Origin: a virus
Lineage: Duplodnaviria > Caudoviricetes
Virus record (IMG/VR): IMGVR_UViG_3300037484_000262
Location: 1-24,833 of that record
Reading direction: 5' to 3' (one strand)
DNA length: 24,833 nucleotides
The notes below the pieces were generated by a model. The model searched no databases, was not told the DNA's origin, and was given only the letters and a program-made list of their open reading frames with translations. How positions within the stretch are numbered: position 1 is the first letter of the stretch; every line of letters begins with the position of its first letter. This document shows, one piece after another, positions 17,627 to 24,833 of this stretch. Position numbers and translations under genes: made by a program.

Positions 17627-17970
17627 CAGTCGATCCTGACAGTGCAGACCTCACCCGAGCGGCTTTCGAGGTCCAGGCTGCCGGAGCATCCAGTCAGGCG
17701 CTCGTGGGGATTGCTTGGATCCTCGATCGCGACTCTGTCCTCGGCTGACTGCCAGCAATCAATGACACCCAGGGCACCGTCGGGTTCCTGAGCCCGGCAG
17801 AACCACTCGTGCAGCAGGATGGTCGCATCGGTCGGGAGTTCGTAGGTGCGGCCGTAGCAGTCGTACGAATAGCCCAACACGGCCGAGCCGGGATCGGATT
17901 CGGAGTCAGACCCGCAAGCGGTCACGGTGCAGGCCAGAGCGAGCACGAAAACATAGAGTTTGGTCGTCAT
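17617..17970 (-). CDS. Cys-rich lipoprotein, 117 aa, antisense to the tail operon
   Basis: MTTK + hydrophobic LYVFVLALACT + lipobox VTA-C19, then Ser/Asp linker; six further Cys. Fills the gap between two + strand genes. Confidence 0.78.
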   Translation of the reverse strand: MTTKLYVFVLALACTVTACGSDSESDPGSAVLGYSYDCYGRTYELPTDATILLHEWFCRAQEPDGALGVIDCWQSAEDRVAIEDPSNPHERLTGCSGSLDLESRSGEVCTVRIDCQE

Positions 17971-18010
17971 GACCCAATTGTACGGCCACTCCTAGTGAAA
18001 GCTTCCTACA

Positions 18011-19117
18011 GTGCCTTCGACGCTGAATGAATTTCCACTTCTGGGCGGAACCATCCGTGTCCCCAGAATCGGAGCGTGGTCGGCAGAGGTAGAGTTTCGT
18101 GAGGAGACGGCCTACACGGGAACCGCTCTCCTCACCGTTGAGGGTATCGAGTTCTCCGGGTACTGCCGACGGTCGGCGCTCAAGGGGTCGAGCCGAGTCT
18201 CGGGGCTGGTGATCGGAGGAGCCGGAGGGCTCGACACCGCTCTACCCGCCAAGCAGTACGTGGCCCCGAAGGTCGAGTCCGTCCTGGCTGATATCATGCG
18301 GCCGTCAGGTGAAACACTATCCGCGACCGTGTCGTCCTCCGTCACGGGTAGGACACTGACGACGTGGCAACGCGCCGAGGGCACGGCCCAAGAGGCTATC
18401 TCGGCACTTGCGGAAGCGCTCGGGATGCCGTGGCGCGTGCTGCTCGACGGCACCATTTGGATAGGGGCCGAGACCTGGGCAGAGGCAACGCCCGAGCATC
18501 GGACACTCAGCGACGACCAGGCCACAGGAACCGTTACGGTTTCGCTCCTGCCGTCCCTGCTTCCAGGGGCTACCTTCCAGGGGCTACAGCTCGAGCAGGT
18601 GACGCACGTCCTGGACCCAGCCGAGCCCCGCACGGAGGCCAGCCAGACCAGCCCAGCGGCGGCGCTGGCGGCATTCCTCGGCCCGGCCGAAAAGCGCATC
18701 AGATACTCGCGGAGCTACTCGGCCAGAGTTGTGAAGCAGAACGGCGATGGCACCCTGCAGGTCCTGCCGGACGACGCCCAGTTCAAGGGCTCAGGCGTCG
18801 ACCAAGTCAAGATCCGCCTCGGAGTCCCTGGCACCGCGACGGTCCCGAAGGGGGCCCGCGTCGAGCTCCAGTTCGAAGGCGGCGACCCGCAGAAGCCCAT
18901 CGCGACCGCGTTCTTCAACGGAGAACTCACCGAGCTCAATCTCGGCAGCGGCGCGGACTTCGTGGCACTCGCCCAGCTGGTCCTCGGTGAGCTGAACCAG
19001 ATCAAGACCGACTACGACCTGCATACGCACCCGACCGGCATGGGCCCCAGCGGACCCCCGGCGGTACCGTTGACCCAGCCGCAGAGCGTGGCGGCCTCTA
19101 AGGTCAAGGCAGAGTAG
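18011..19117 (+). CDS. Fused baseplate hub + spike protein (P2 gpD+gpV / Mu gp44+gp45-like), 368 aa
   Basis: N-terminal hub-like region (VESVLADI..LAEALGMPWRVLLDGTIWIG); OB-fold-like YSARVVKQNGDGTLQV..VPKGARVELQFEGGDPQKP; C-terminal HTH motif (19022-19030). Confidence 0.75.
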   Translation: MPSTLNEFPLLGGTIRVPRIGAWSAEVEFREETAYTGTALLTVEGIEFSGYCRRSALKGSSRVSGLVIGGAGGLDTALPAKQYVAPKVESVLADIMRPSGETLSATVSSSVTGRTLTTWQRAEGTAQEAISALAEALGMPWRVLLDGTIWIGAETWAEATPEHRTLSDDQATGTVTVSLLPSLLPGATFQGLQLEQVTHVLDPAEPRTEASQTSPAAALAAFLGPAEKRIRYSRSYSARVVKQNGDGTLQVLPDDAQFKGSGVDQVKIRLGVPGTATVPKGARVELQFEGGDPQKPIATAFFNGELTELNLGSGADFVALAQLVLGELNQIKTDYDLHTHPTGMGPSGPPAVPLTQPQSVAASKVKAE

Positions 19118-19119
19118 CC

Positions 19120-19623
19120 ATGCCGATGGCGTCTGCCACACTGGCGAGTGGCCTGTCCGGAATGGCGCCGGCAGACACCGAGGCAGACGCTATTCAGGCA
19201 TTCGTATCGGCCTGGGACGCGTACTTCGCTCAGAGCCAGGTCGGAGCGGCAGTCGCAACGCCGGGCAGCTACGCGGCTGGCCTGGCCGCCATGCAGGGAG
19301 CTCTTGCTGGCTGCTCTGTCACGGGTGCGGCTGCGGCCAAGCTCACGGCCGGCGTGACGGCATTCTGGGCCGCGATCGCGACCCTCGCTCCGACCATTTG
19401 GATCACGGCCCCCATCATCCTCGTTCCGCCAATCGTTCCCCCCGTTGGTCTCGCTGGGATCTCCGCAGCTCTCGCGGCGGCCTTCGCGGCCAACACCACA
19501 GGGAGCGCGTCGCTCAGCGACTCGGCCAACGCAGCCGCTACCGCAATCCATGCCGCCAACCTTGGCGCTTTGGTTCCGGGCTCTGCCCCACCAGCTCCAC
19601 CCGCACCGATTCCGATTCTCTGA
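19120..19623 (+). CDS. Ala/Pro-rich hydrophobic hypothetical protein, 167 aa
   Basis: Starts 2 nt after the spike gene; very few charged residues. Confidence 0.72.
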   Translation: MPMASATLASGLSGMAPADTEADAIQAFVSAWDAYFAQSQVGAAVATPGSYAAGLAAMQGALAGCSVTGAAAAKLTAGVTAFWAAIATLAPTIWITAPIILVPPIVPPVGLAGISAALAAAFAANTTGSASLSDSANAAATAIHAANLGALVPGSAPPAPPAPIPIL

Positions 19624-19626
19624 CCC

Positions 19627-19690
19627 AGATCTAGGGGCGTCTGCCGCGTGCCCGATCCCTACTCCGGCGCTGGTAGGCGTCCCTAGATCT
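19627..19690. repeat. 19-bp imperfect inverted repeat (long stem-loop)
   Basis: AGATCTAGGGGCGTCTGCC (19627-19645) pairs with GGTAGGCGTCCCTAGATCT (19672-19690); the three non-Watson-Crick positions are all G-U on the + strand transcript. Confidence 0.85.
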
Positions 19691-19705
19691 TGACCAGGAT
19701 GGCCC

Positions 19706-20089
19706 ATGACGACAGACACCGGCACCGACATCTCTTGCATGGACGGCTTGGTTCCGTCAATGCCGGAGGTCTCGGGCGATCTCCAGATTGTGCAGCTCGC
19801 CGTGCGGGGCCTAACGAAGGCGTCGGACAAGCTGCCATTCCTGGGCTGGGGCATCGACCTCCGCCGGGCGCTGCTCAGCAAGTACTCGACCACTCAGATT
19901 GAGGTACTGGCAAAGCGCCAAGTCCTGACCGACGAACGGCTCCGGGCCTGCACCGTCAAGGCAGAGCAAGTCGGGGTGGAGTACCAGCTCAAGTTCGCGC
20001 TGGTCAAAGAAGACGATGGGACGGAGCTCAAGTTCACGATGTCGATCGACGAGGCAGCAGCGACGCTGATTAGCCTCGAGCAAGGGTGA
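19706..20089 (+). CDS. Baseplate wedge subunit (T4 gp25 / P2 W / Mu gp46-like), 127 aa
   Basis: GTDISC..VSG..WGIDLR..VLTDERL pattern; precedes the J-like gene. Alternative ATG at 19699 is in a different frame. Confidence 0.72.
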   Translation: MTTDTGTDISCMDGLVPSMPEVSGDLQIVQLAVRGLTKASDKLPFLGWGIDLRRALLSKYSTTQIEVLAKRQVLTDERLRACTVKAEQVGVEYQLKFALVKEDDGTELKFTMSIDEAAATLISLEQG

Positions 20090-20093
20090 CACG

Positions 20094-21248
20094 ATGAAGT
20101 GGTCGGAGATCGTCGAACTCCCGCAGACCGAATGCAAGCAGTCGATCTTGACGATGCTGCAGGGCGTAGGGTTCACGGCCACGTCGTGGCAGCCTGGATC
20201 ATTCGTGCTCGGGTGCGTGGAGATCGGCTCCTACATCTGGTCAAAGTTCACCTCGGTTGCAGTTGCCCTGAAGGATGCGCATCTCCTGCAGACCGCAGAG
20301 GACGAGGCCCTGGAAGCCTACGGCTACAGCCAGTACGACGAGCCAATCACGGGCGCGAGCCCGGCGCAGTACCTGCTCGAGCTGACGTGCGAAGTCGGAG
20401 AGGGTCCGCACAACCTGGACGTGAGCGACGTGGTCGCCACGGATGGTGAGTTCACGTACCGCAACGTCGCGGGCAACAGCATCGTCTACCCGTACGCGCT
20501 TGCGGGTGGTTCGGTCGTCACGTTCCTGTTTGAGGCCGAGGTCCCGGGTGCAGCGTCGACGGTTGGAGCCGGCACCATCACGCAACTGCAGACGACTTAC
20601 GCGGGAGTTACCATCACGGACGGGGCGCTGCAGACATCGGGACTAGACAAGGAAACGGCAGAAGCCTACCGCCTCCGGTGCCGCACGAAGTGGCCGACGC
20701 TGAGCGAGGGAGAAACCATATACGACCACGTCGTGAACATCTGCCTGAACGCCGACCCGCTGATCAAGCGCGTCACGGTCGACGACAGCAACCCGAGGGG
20801 AGACTACACGTTTGACGCCTACGTTGCCGGTGAGTCTGGAATCGTGGGAGCTGGACCAGTAGCCGCGGCTCAGGCGGCGCTAGACCTCAGGTTCTTCGGC
20901 AGCGCGACAGCGCTGGCTGTTGCTGCAGCAGCCGACGTGCTCGCTATCACGGGGACAGTCTACTACGACCCGAACCTTTCGGCGTCGGACGCTCAGGTCG
21001 CCGTCGAGGCCGCGTTGACGGCCTGGTTCAAGACCATCCCGATCAACGGATTTCTCTACGGTGCAGGGCTGAACAACATCGTGATGGTCGAGGATGTCAG
21101 AGCCGCTATTCGGTCCGCGCGGCATGCGGGAGAAGAAGTCGTGCGCACCATCGTGCTGACGGCTCCAGCGGCGGACCATGCCGTCGTCAACTTCGACGTA
21201 GTCACCCAAGGGGCCCTCACGCTCACGTATACGGCGGCCACGTCATGA
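20094..21248 (+). CDS. Baseplate J-like protein (P2 J / Mu gp47), 384 aa
   Basis: TAEDEAL, FEAEVPG, GLDKETAEAYRLRC, NPRGDYTFDAYVAG resemble Baseplate_J motifs; size. Confidence 0.87.
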   Translation: MKWSEIVELPQTECKQSILTMLQGVGFTATSWQPGSFVLGCVEIGSYIWSKFTSVAVALKDAHLLQTAEDEALEAYGYSQYDEPITGASPAQYLLELTCEVGEGPHNLDVSDVVATDGEFTYRNVAGNSIVYPYALAGGSVVTFLFEAEVPGAASTVGAGTITQLQTTYAGVTITDGALQTSGLDKETAEAYRLRCRTKWPTLSEGETIYDHVVNICLNADPLIKRVTVDDSNPRGDYTFDAYVAGESGIVGAGPVAAAQAALDLRFFGSATALAVAAAADVLAITGTVYYDPNLSASDAQVAVEAALTAWFKTIPINGFLYGAGLNNIVMVEDVRAAIRSARHAGEEVVRTIVLTAPAADHAVVNFDVVTQGALTLTYTAATS

Positions 21249-21877
21249 TCTTCGTCGAAGCCCTGCGAGAAGAGGTCGCTAGCTGGTTGCTCAACGACCA
21301 GACGGATGGAGGTGGCGGCGGCTTCGTCGGATGCGTCTTCACGTTGGCCGCCGACATCGCTTGCCACGTAGCGACATTCGCCAGCCGCGGAGCGCTGCTT
21401 CGCGACCCGTACCTCGCTACCGATGCTTTGCCTGCCCTGGCGTGGGAGCGCGGCATCCAGAGATACGAGACCGAGACGACGTATCAGCATGCTGAACGAT
21501 GCGCCAACGCTTGGGATACTTATACGCTGCCAGGAAGGCCCGCCATCAAAGAGCAGATGGGATTCTATGGCTTCGGTGACAACGTCGAAATCTACGATGC
21601 GTATCAGTGGCCAGCAGAACCACCGGTCGGACCGAAGTCGCAGTTCTGGGTGGTAGTTCCAGCCGGCGACCACCCGTTCGCAGAGCGAATCATCGGAGCT
21701 GGAGCAGCCATTGGCGACGACGAGTTTATCGGCATCGAAGGCATCACGGCTACGCAGATCGGCTCCATCGTCGCGCTCGTGATGAAGTGGAAGCCGGTGC
21801 AATGGGTCTGCCGCGAGGTCCGCTTCGATATCGGCGGCGGACTCTACGCGGCGATCGAAGTTCAACCATATCCCTAG
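21245..21877 (+). CDS. Baseplate wedge protein (P2 gpI / Mu gp48-like), 210 aa
   Basis: DPYLATDALPALAWERGI.RY.ET; ends with MKWKP; follows J. Confidence 0.72.
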   Translation: MIFVEALREEVASWLLNDQTDGGGGGFVGCVFTLAADIACHVATFASRGALLRDPYLATDALPALAWERGIQRYETETTYQHAERCANAWDTYTLPGRPAIKEQMGFYGFGDNVEIYDAYQWPAEPPVGPKSQFWVVVPAGDHPFAERIIGAGAAIGDDEFIGIEGITATQIGSIVALVMKWKPVQWVCREVRFDIGGGLYAAIEVQPYP

Positions 21878-21889
21878 GATCAAAAGCCA

Positions 21890-22498
21890 ATGGCTTTCAC
21901 AGGCTCAGTCACCGGCACAGCGACGTGGCCAGCTACACTGCCGTGCCCAGCGAACGGAAACGCAGACAATGCGATCAACAACATCGACATGCTGCAGAGG
22001 ATCGCCAACGGACTGGTCTACCTGCGGTCGTCTCAGTTCACGGTCAATCTGCTCGCGTCGTCTGCTCACTACCTGAACGACTTTTCGCAGGTTGCTGCAA
22101 TGGAGCAGGCCGAGGCTCTGCAGCAAGACGCTGTTGCTGGCGTGGAGCTATTCAAGCTCGCGTTGCCGACACCGGCTACAGGCCTGAGCATTGACGCGAT
22201 TTCACTGAAACTCAAGGGCGCCGGTGGTCACGCTTGGCCGCTGGGGTTCGTCCCGTTCTTTCAGCTCTACAGCAAAGCGATGTCGGCCATGGACGGAGCG
22301 TGGGGAGCGGCTGCGGCCGCAGTCAATGACCCAAGCGGGTCGGCAGTTGCATACCAGGCTATCCACGTGGTCGAGCAAACCGCAGATGTGGCAATGAGTA
22401 CCGCGAATGCCTACGAGCTTCGAGTCTATGGGGAGTCCGGCGCGAATGCGCTGGTTGGCCTCGTCGTCTACGGCGCAACCATCACATACAAGTTCTGA
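21890..22498 (+). CDS. Putative tail fibre-proximal protein, 202 aa
   Basis: Position after the wedge genes; N-terminal P.NG.AD.A..N...Q.IAN...YL anchor-like segment followed by a beta-rich domain. Confidence 0.6.
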   Translation: MAFTGSVTGTATWPATLPCPANGNADNAINNIDMLQRIANGLVYLRSSQFTVNLLASSAHYLNDFSQVAAMEQAEALQQDAVAGVELFKLALPTPATGLSIDAISLKLKGAGGHAWPLGFVPFFQLYSKAMSAMDGAWGAAAAAVNDPSGSAVAYQAIHVVEQTADVAMSTANAYELRVYGESGANALVGLVVYGATITYKF

Positions 22499-22504
22499 GG
22501 CACC

Positions 22505-23089
22505 ATGGCGAACGTCTCTTTCATGACCTCCCCTTGGTTGCAGCACATCCTGGGTGTTCTGTGGCAGACCGTTGCCGGCGTAGACATCGGCAGGACAGAC
22601 GTCGTCAAGCTCGGCGACGGCATGTACAGCACATGGGACGCAACGACCAAGGAGATCGAGCTCCGGGCTGGCGTAGGATTCCGCACGTCCGAAACATCTT
22701 CCGACGTCGCCGTCACGGCCGGCGCTGGCGCCACGACGCTAAAGGACTACGCGATCGGCACCATCACGAGCGACGCGGGTGTTGCGATCGTAGAGGGGCA
22801 GAGCCTGTTCATCGACGTTCGAATCGAGGCCTGGAGACCAGGAGCTCTAGACACCTGCGGGTACTGCGATTTTACGGCCCACGTAGTCTACCACGCCGCC
22901 GGCTCCGTCATCCTCAACGACCCGACGGTCGAGCAAGTTGTGTCGAGTTCGTGGGAAGCTGACCTTACGGCGGACTGCTCCATCACGGGCAACACGACGT
23001 TCCGCGTTACGGCCACATCTGGTACGACGAATGTCCGATGCAACGTCCTGCTTTCGCACCGGGCACCACGGACGAGGAGCGCCGCGTAG
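22505..23089 (+). CDS. Hypothetical beta-rich tail-associated protein, 194 aa
   Basis: GAGG RBS; in operon; Thr/Val-rich. Confidence 0.65.
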   Translation: MANVSFMTSPWLQHILGVLWQTVAGVDIGRTDVVKLGDGMYSTWDATTKEIELRAGVGFRTSETSSDVAVTAGAGATTLKDYAIGTITSDAGVAIVEGQSLFIDVRIEAWRPGALDTCGYCDFTAHVVYHAAGSVILNDPTVEQVVSSSWEADLTADCSITGNTTFRVTATSGTTNVRCNVLLSHRAPRTRSAA

Positions 23090-23091
23090 CT

Positions 23092-23883
23092 GTGCAGCCA
23101 TTCGGTGGATTCCGCGGCCAGAGCCCTCGGCAACTCGGGGCGCTCTCGGGGCTGACGCTGCGCGGTTGGTGGTCTTTTGGGCCAGCTTGGCAGTCTGGAG
23201 CCGTGATCTACAATACTTCAGGCGAAGACCGCCTCGGTGCTTTAGCGTCATATTACGGTGGACCCGACATCACGCAGGGAACTGACGCGAACCGCCCCCG
23301 GTACTACGACGAGCTCAGGAAGGGGCAGATTGTCCCTCACGGAGAGTCGGGGCGCGCGTGCTGGCTGGAGTGCGGAGACGCGACGGTGCGCGCGATGGCG
23401 AACGCGGAGTCCGCAAACTATACCGCAATGGGCGTGTGGGAGTACACGGGGGCCGCGAGGTCTCCGGTGTGGTGGTGGGGATCCAGCGGATTCGAGAACC
23501 CTTTGGCCATATCGGGCGCCAATCTACAGACCCGTCGATGGACGTCGACTACTGGTAACTCGTACCAGACGATCGGCAACATCTCGCTTCTCGCTGGTCC
23601 AGTCGCGTGGTGCGTCTTTCGCTACTACACGTTTCTCGGACCGGCTCAGGAAACGTGGGTGAACGGCGTCTATCTAGGAGCAGAGCAGCATACCGCGACG
23701 GGACCCATCGCCGCGAGTTCTCTGCTCATCGACGACACGTCCGCGACAGCGACTGACAAGCTCTGGTCCGAGCTCATCCTGTTCTCTGGGGTTCCAGAGC
23801 TTTCTGGCGTCAGCTCTCCCCATCGCAGGATGGGCTCAGTGTCCGCAATCTACAACGGCATGCGGGCCCGCTGGGGCGTCTGA
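23092..23883 (+). CDS. Putative receptor-binding protein with ConA/LamG-like fold, about 263 aa
   Basis: Start re-assigned to GTG 23092 (GAGGAG upstream, 2 nt after the previous stop). ITQGTDANRPRY, TWVNGV, WSELILFSG, YNGMRARWGV fit LamG-like phage proteins; Trp-rich. Confidence 0.62.
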   Translation: MQPFGGFRGQSPRQLGALSGLTLRGWWSFGPAWQSGAVIYNTSGEDRLGALASYYGGPDITQGTDANRPRYYDELRKGQIVPHGESGRACWLECGDATVRAMANAESANYTAMGVWEYTGAARSPVWWWGSSGFENPLAISGANLQTRRWTSTTGNSYQTIGNISLLAGPVAWCVFRYYTFLGPAQETWVNGVYLGAEQHTATGPIAASSLLIDDTSATATDKLWSELILFSGVPELSGVSSPHRRMGSVSAIYNGMRARWGV

Positions 23884-23912
23884 AGAGTTTCCGAGGAAGG
23901 GAAATCCATCCA

Positions 23913-24293
23913 ATGTTCTTTCGACCAGCGTCCCTGAAGCAAGGGCTTGCAGGGGTATCCGACGCGAGCGTGATCCTGGAATACGGCGACTGGCTTGCCG
24001 AACAGGGCCAGGGGTTGGCCGTGTACTTCAACACGGCGCCAGAGGTCGAGTTCACGGTCGCGACTCCGTCGAACGTAGTCGTGCGCGGCTCGCATGACGT
24101 GGCGCTCGAGTTCTCCTTCACCGATGTCTTCACCGACATCGTGGGCACCGGGACGCCTACCAACGGTCTGTTGACCGCAGCGATCACAGCGGCCGTTGGC
24201 GACATCGCGGACCCCGCAACGCTCTACTGCCGAAACGTAGACGGAACGATTGAGCTCGCCAACCTGGCCTGTGTCGTCGTCGCCGCGGAGTAA
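23913..24293 (+). CDS. Hypothetical beta-rich protein, 126 aa; paralogue of the next gene's N-terminus
   Basis: GAGGAAGGG upstream; 63 of the first 100 residues identical to ORF 24300 by hand alignment. Confidence 0.8.
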   Translation: MFFRPASLKQGLAGVSDASVILEYGDWLAEQGQGLAVYFNTAPEVEFTVATPSNVVVRGSHDVALEFSFTDVFTDIVGTGTPTNGLLTAAITAAVGDIADPATLYCRNVDGTIELANLACVVVAAE

Positions 24294-24299
24294 CCTCCC

Positions 24300-24833
24300 A
24301 TGTTCTATCGCCCAGGAGCTCTAAAGCAGGGTCTCAGAGGCGTCAGCGAGGGCAACGTGATCATTGGATACGGAATGTGGCTTGCTGACCAGGGAATCGG
24401 CATTGACGTTCAGTTCGTCACTGCTCCGGGGGTGGAGTTCGTGGTTGGAGTCCCGAGCAATGTCGAGGTCAGCTCGTCGCACGACATCCAGCTCGAGTTC
24501 TCTTTCACGTCGAACTTTGCGGCAATCGTCGGAAACGGGACACCAGTGGGTGGTTCGCTCACGGCTGCCATCACAGCGCTGGTTGGAGACGTCGGCTCTC
24601 TGGTCCTCTACATCCGCGAGGTCGGCGGCACGACCGCCCGGGCCACGCTCGCGTGCTCGGTGGTGCCTTATACGCCAAAGATTGCGTTCGCCGGGAACAT
24701 CCTGCGGTGGCGCACGGCGTCAGACCTAACCGAAAGTGGTGCTCCGGATCACCTAGTGTCGGCGATCGCGGAACAGGTCAGCGTGAACGCTGCTGATATC
24801 CCGGTCCAGGCGACTCCAGCGAAGCAACCCGTG
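24300..24833 (+). CDS. 3'-truncated protein: duplicated N-terminal domain followed by probable LamG-like domain
   Basis: Not in the ORF track. Open from ATG 24300 to the window end (MFYRPGALKQGLRGVSEG...VQATPAKQPV); QATPAKQP mirrors QGTDANRP of ORF 23092. Confidence 0.82.
   Translation, partial: MFYRPGALKQGLRGVSEGNVIIGYGMWLADQGIGIDVQFVTAPGVEFVVGVPSNVEVSSSHDIQLEFSFTSNFAAIVGNGTPVGGSLTAAITALVGDVGSLVLYIREVGGTTARATLACSVVPYTPKIAFAGNILRWRTASDLTESGAPDHLVSAIAEQVSVNAADIPVQATPAKQPV

Larger units (their letters stand above)
1..24833 (+). mobile_element. Phage/prophage head-neck-tail-baseplate gene cluster with contractile tail; continues beyond both window edges
   Basis: Canonical order terminase-portal-MuF-protease-capsid-neck-sheath-tube-chaperone-tape measure-baseplate-fibre. 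Many overlapping stop/start junctions (758, 4672, 10008, 10562, 13149, 17063, 21245). Confidence 0.97.

Noticed and set aside
11662-21877. Tailocin, eCIS or T6SS interpretation of the contractile tail genes
   Set aside because: Terminase, portal, protease and capsid genes are in the same operon, so this is a head-tail phage module.
23913-24680. Possible diversity-generating retroelement TR/VR pair
   Set aside because: Differences are spread over all bases and are largely synonymous, not adenine-specific; no reverse transcriptase in the window. An older gene duplication fits better.
24364-24729. 121-aa ORF from the track
   Set aside because: Out-of-frame overlap with the better-supported ORF starting at 24300, which is paralogous to 23913.
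1-24833. Stop-codon reassignment, introns/inteins, CRISPR array
   Set aside because: Genes are full-length under the standard code and use all three stops; no intein termini, interrupted genes or spaced direct repeats were seen.

Overview
A GC-rich, tightly packed, almost entirely + strand virion morphogenesis module of a tailed phage or prophage with a contractile (myovirus-type, Mu/P2-like) tail. Gene order: terminase large subunit (C-terminal part), DUF935-like portal, two small ORFs, MuF head protein with a C-terminal HExxH metallopeptidase extension, a small coupled ORF, ClpP-type protease/scaffold, major capsid, accessory ORFs, neck proteins, DUF2586-like sheath, tube, tail chaperone with a -1 frameshift site, tape measure, tail protein, an antisense lipoprotein gene, fused hub-spike, baseplate wedge genes and tail fibre/receptor-binding candidates. 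The most notable observations are: (1) a candidate MuF-metallopeptidase toxin/immunity pair; (2) a beta-rich domain inserted in the major capsid protein that aligns by eye with a domain of the same phage's tail sheath; (3) an antisense Cys-rich lipoprotein moron; (4) two intergenic stems with G-U pairs, suggesting structured RNA; (5) tandem paralogous ORFs at the right end. All family assignments come from motif recognition and gene order; no database search was run. No integrase, lysis, tRNA, rRNA or CRISPR features were seen.
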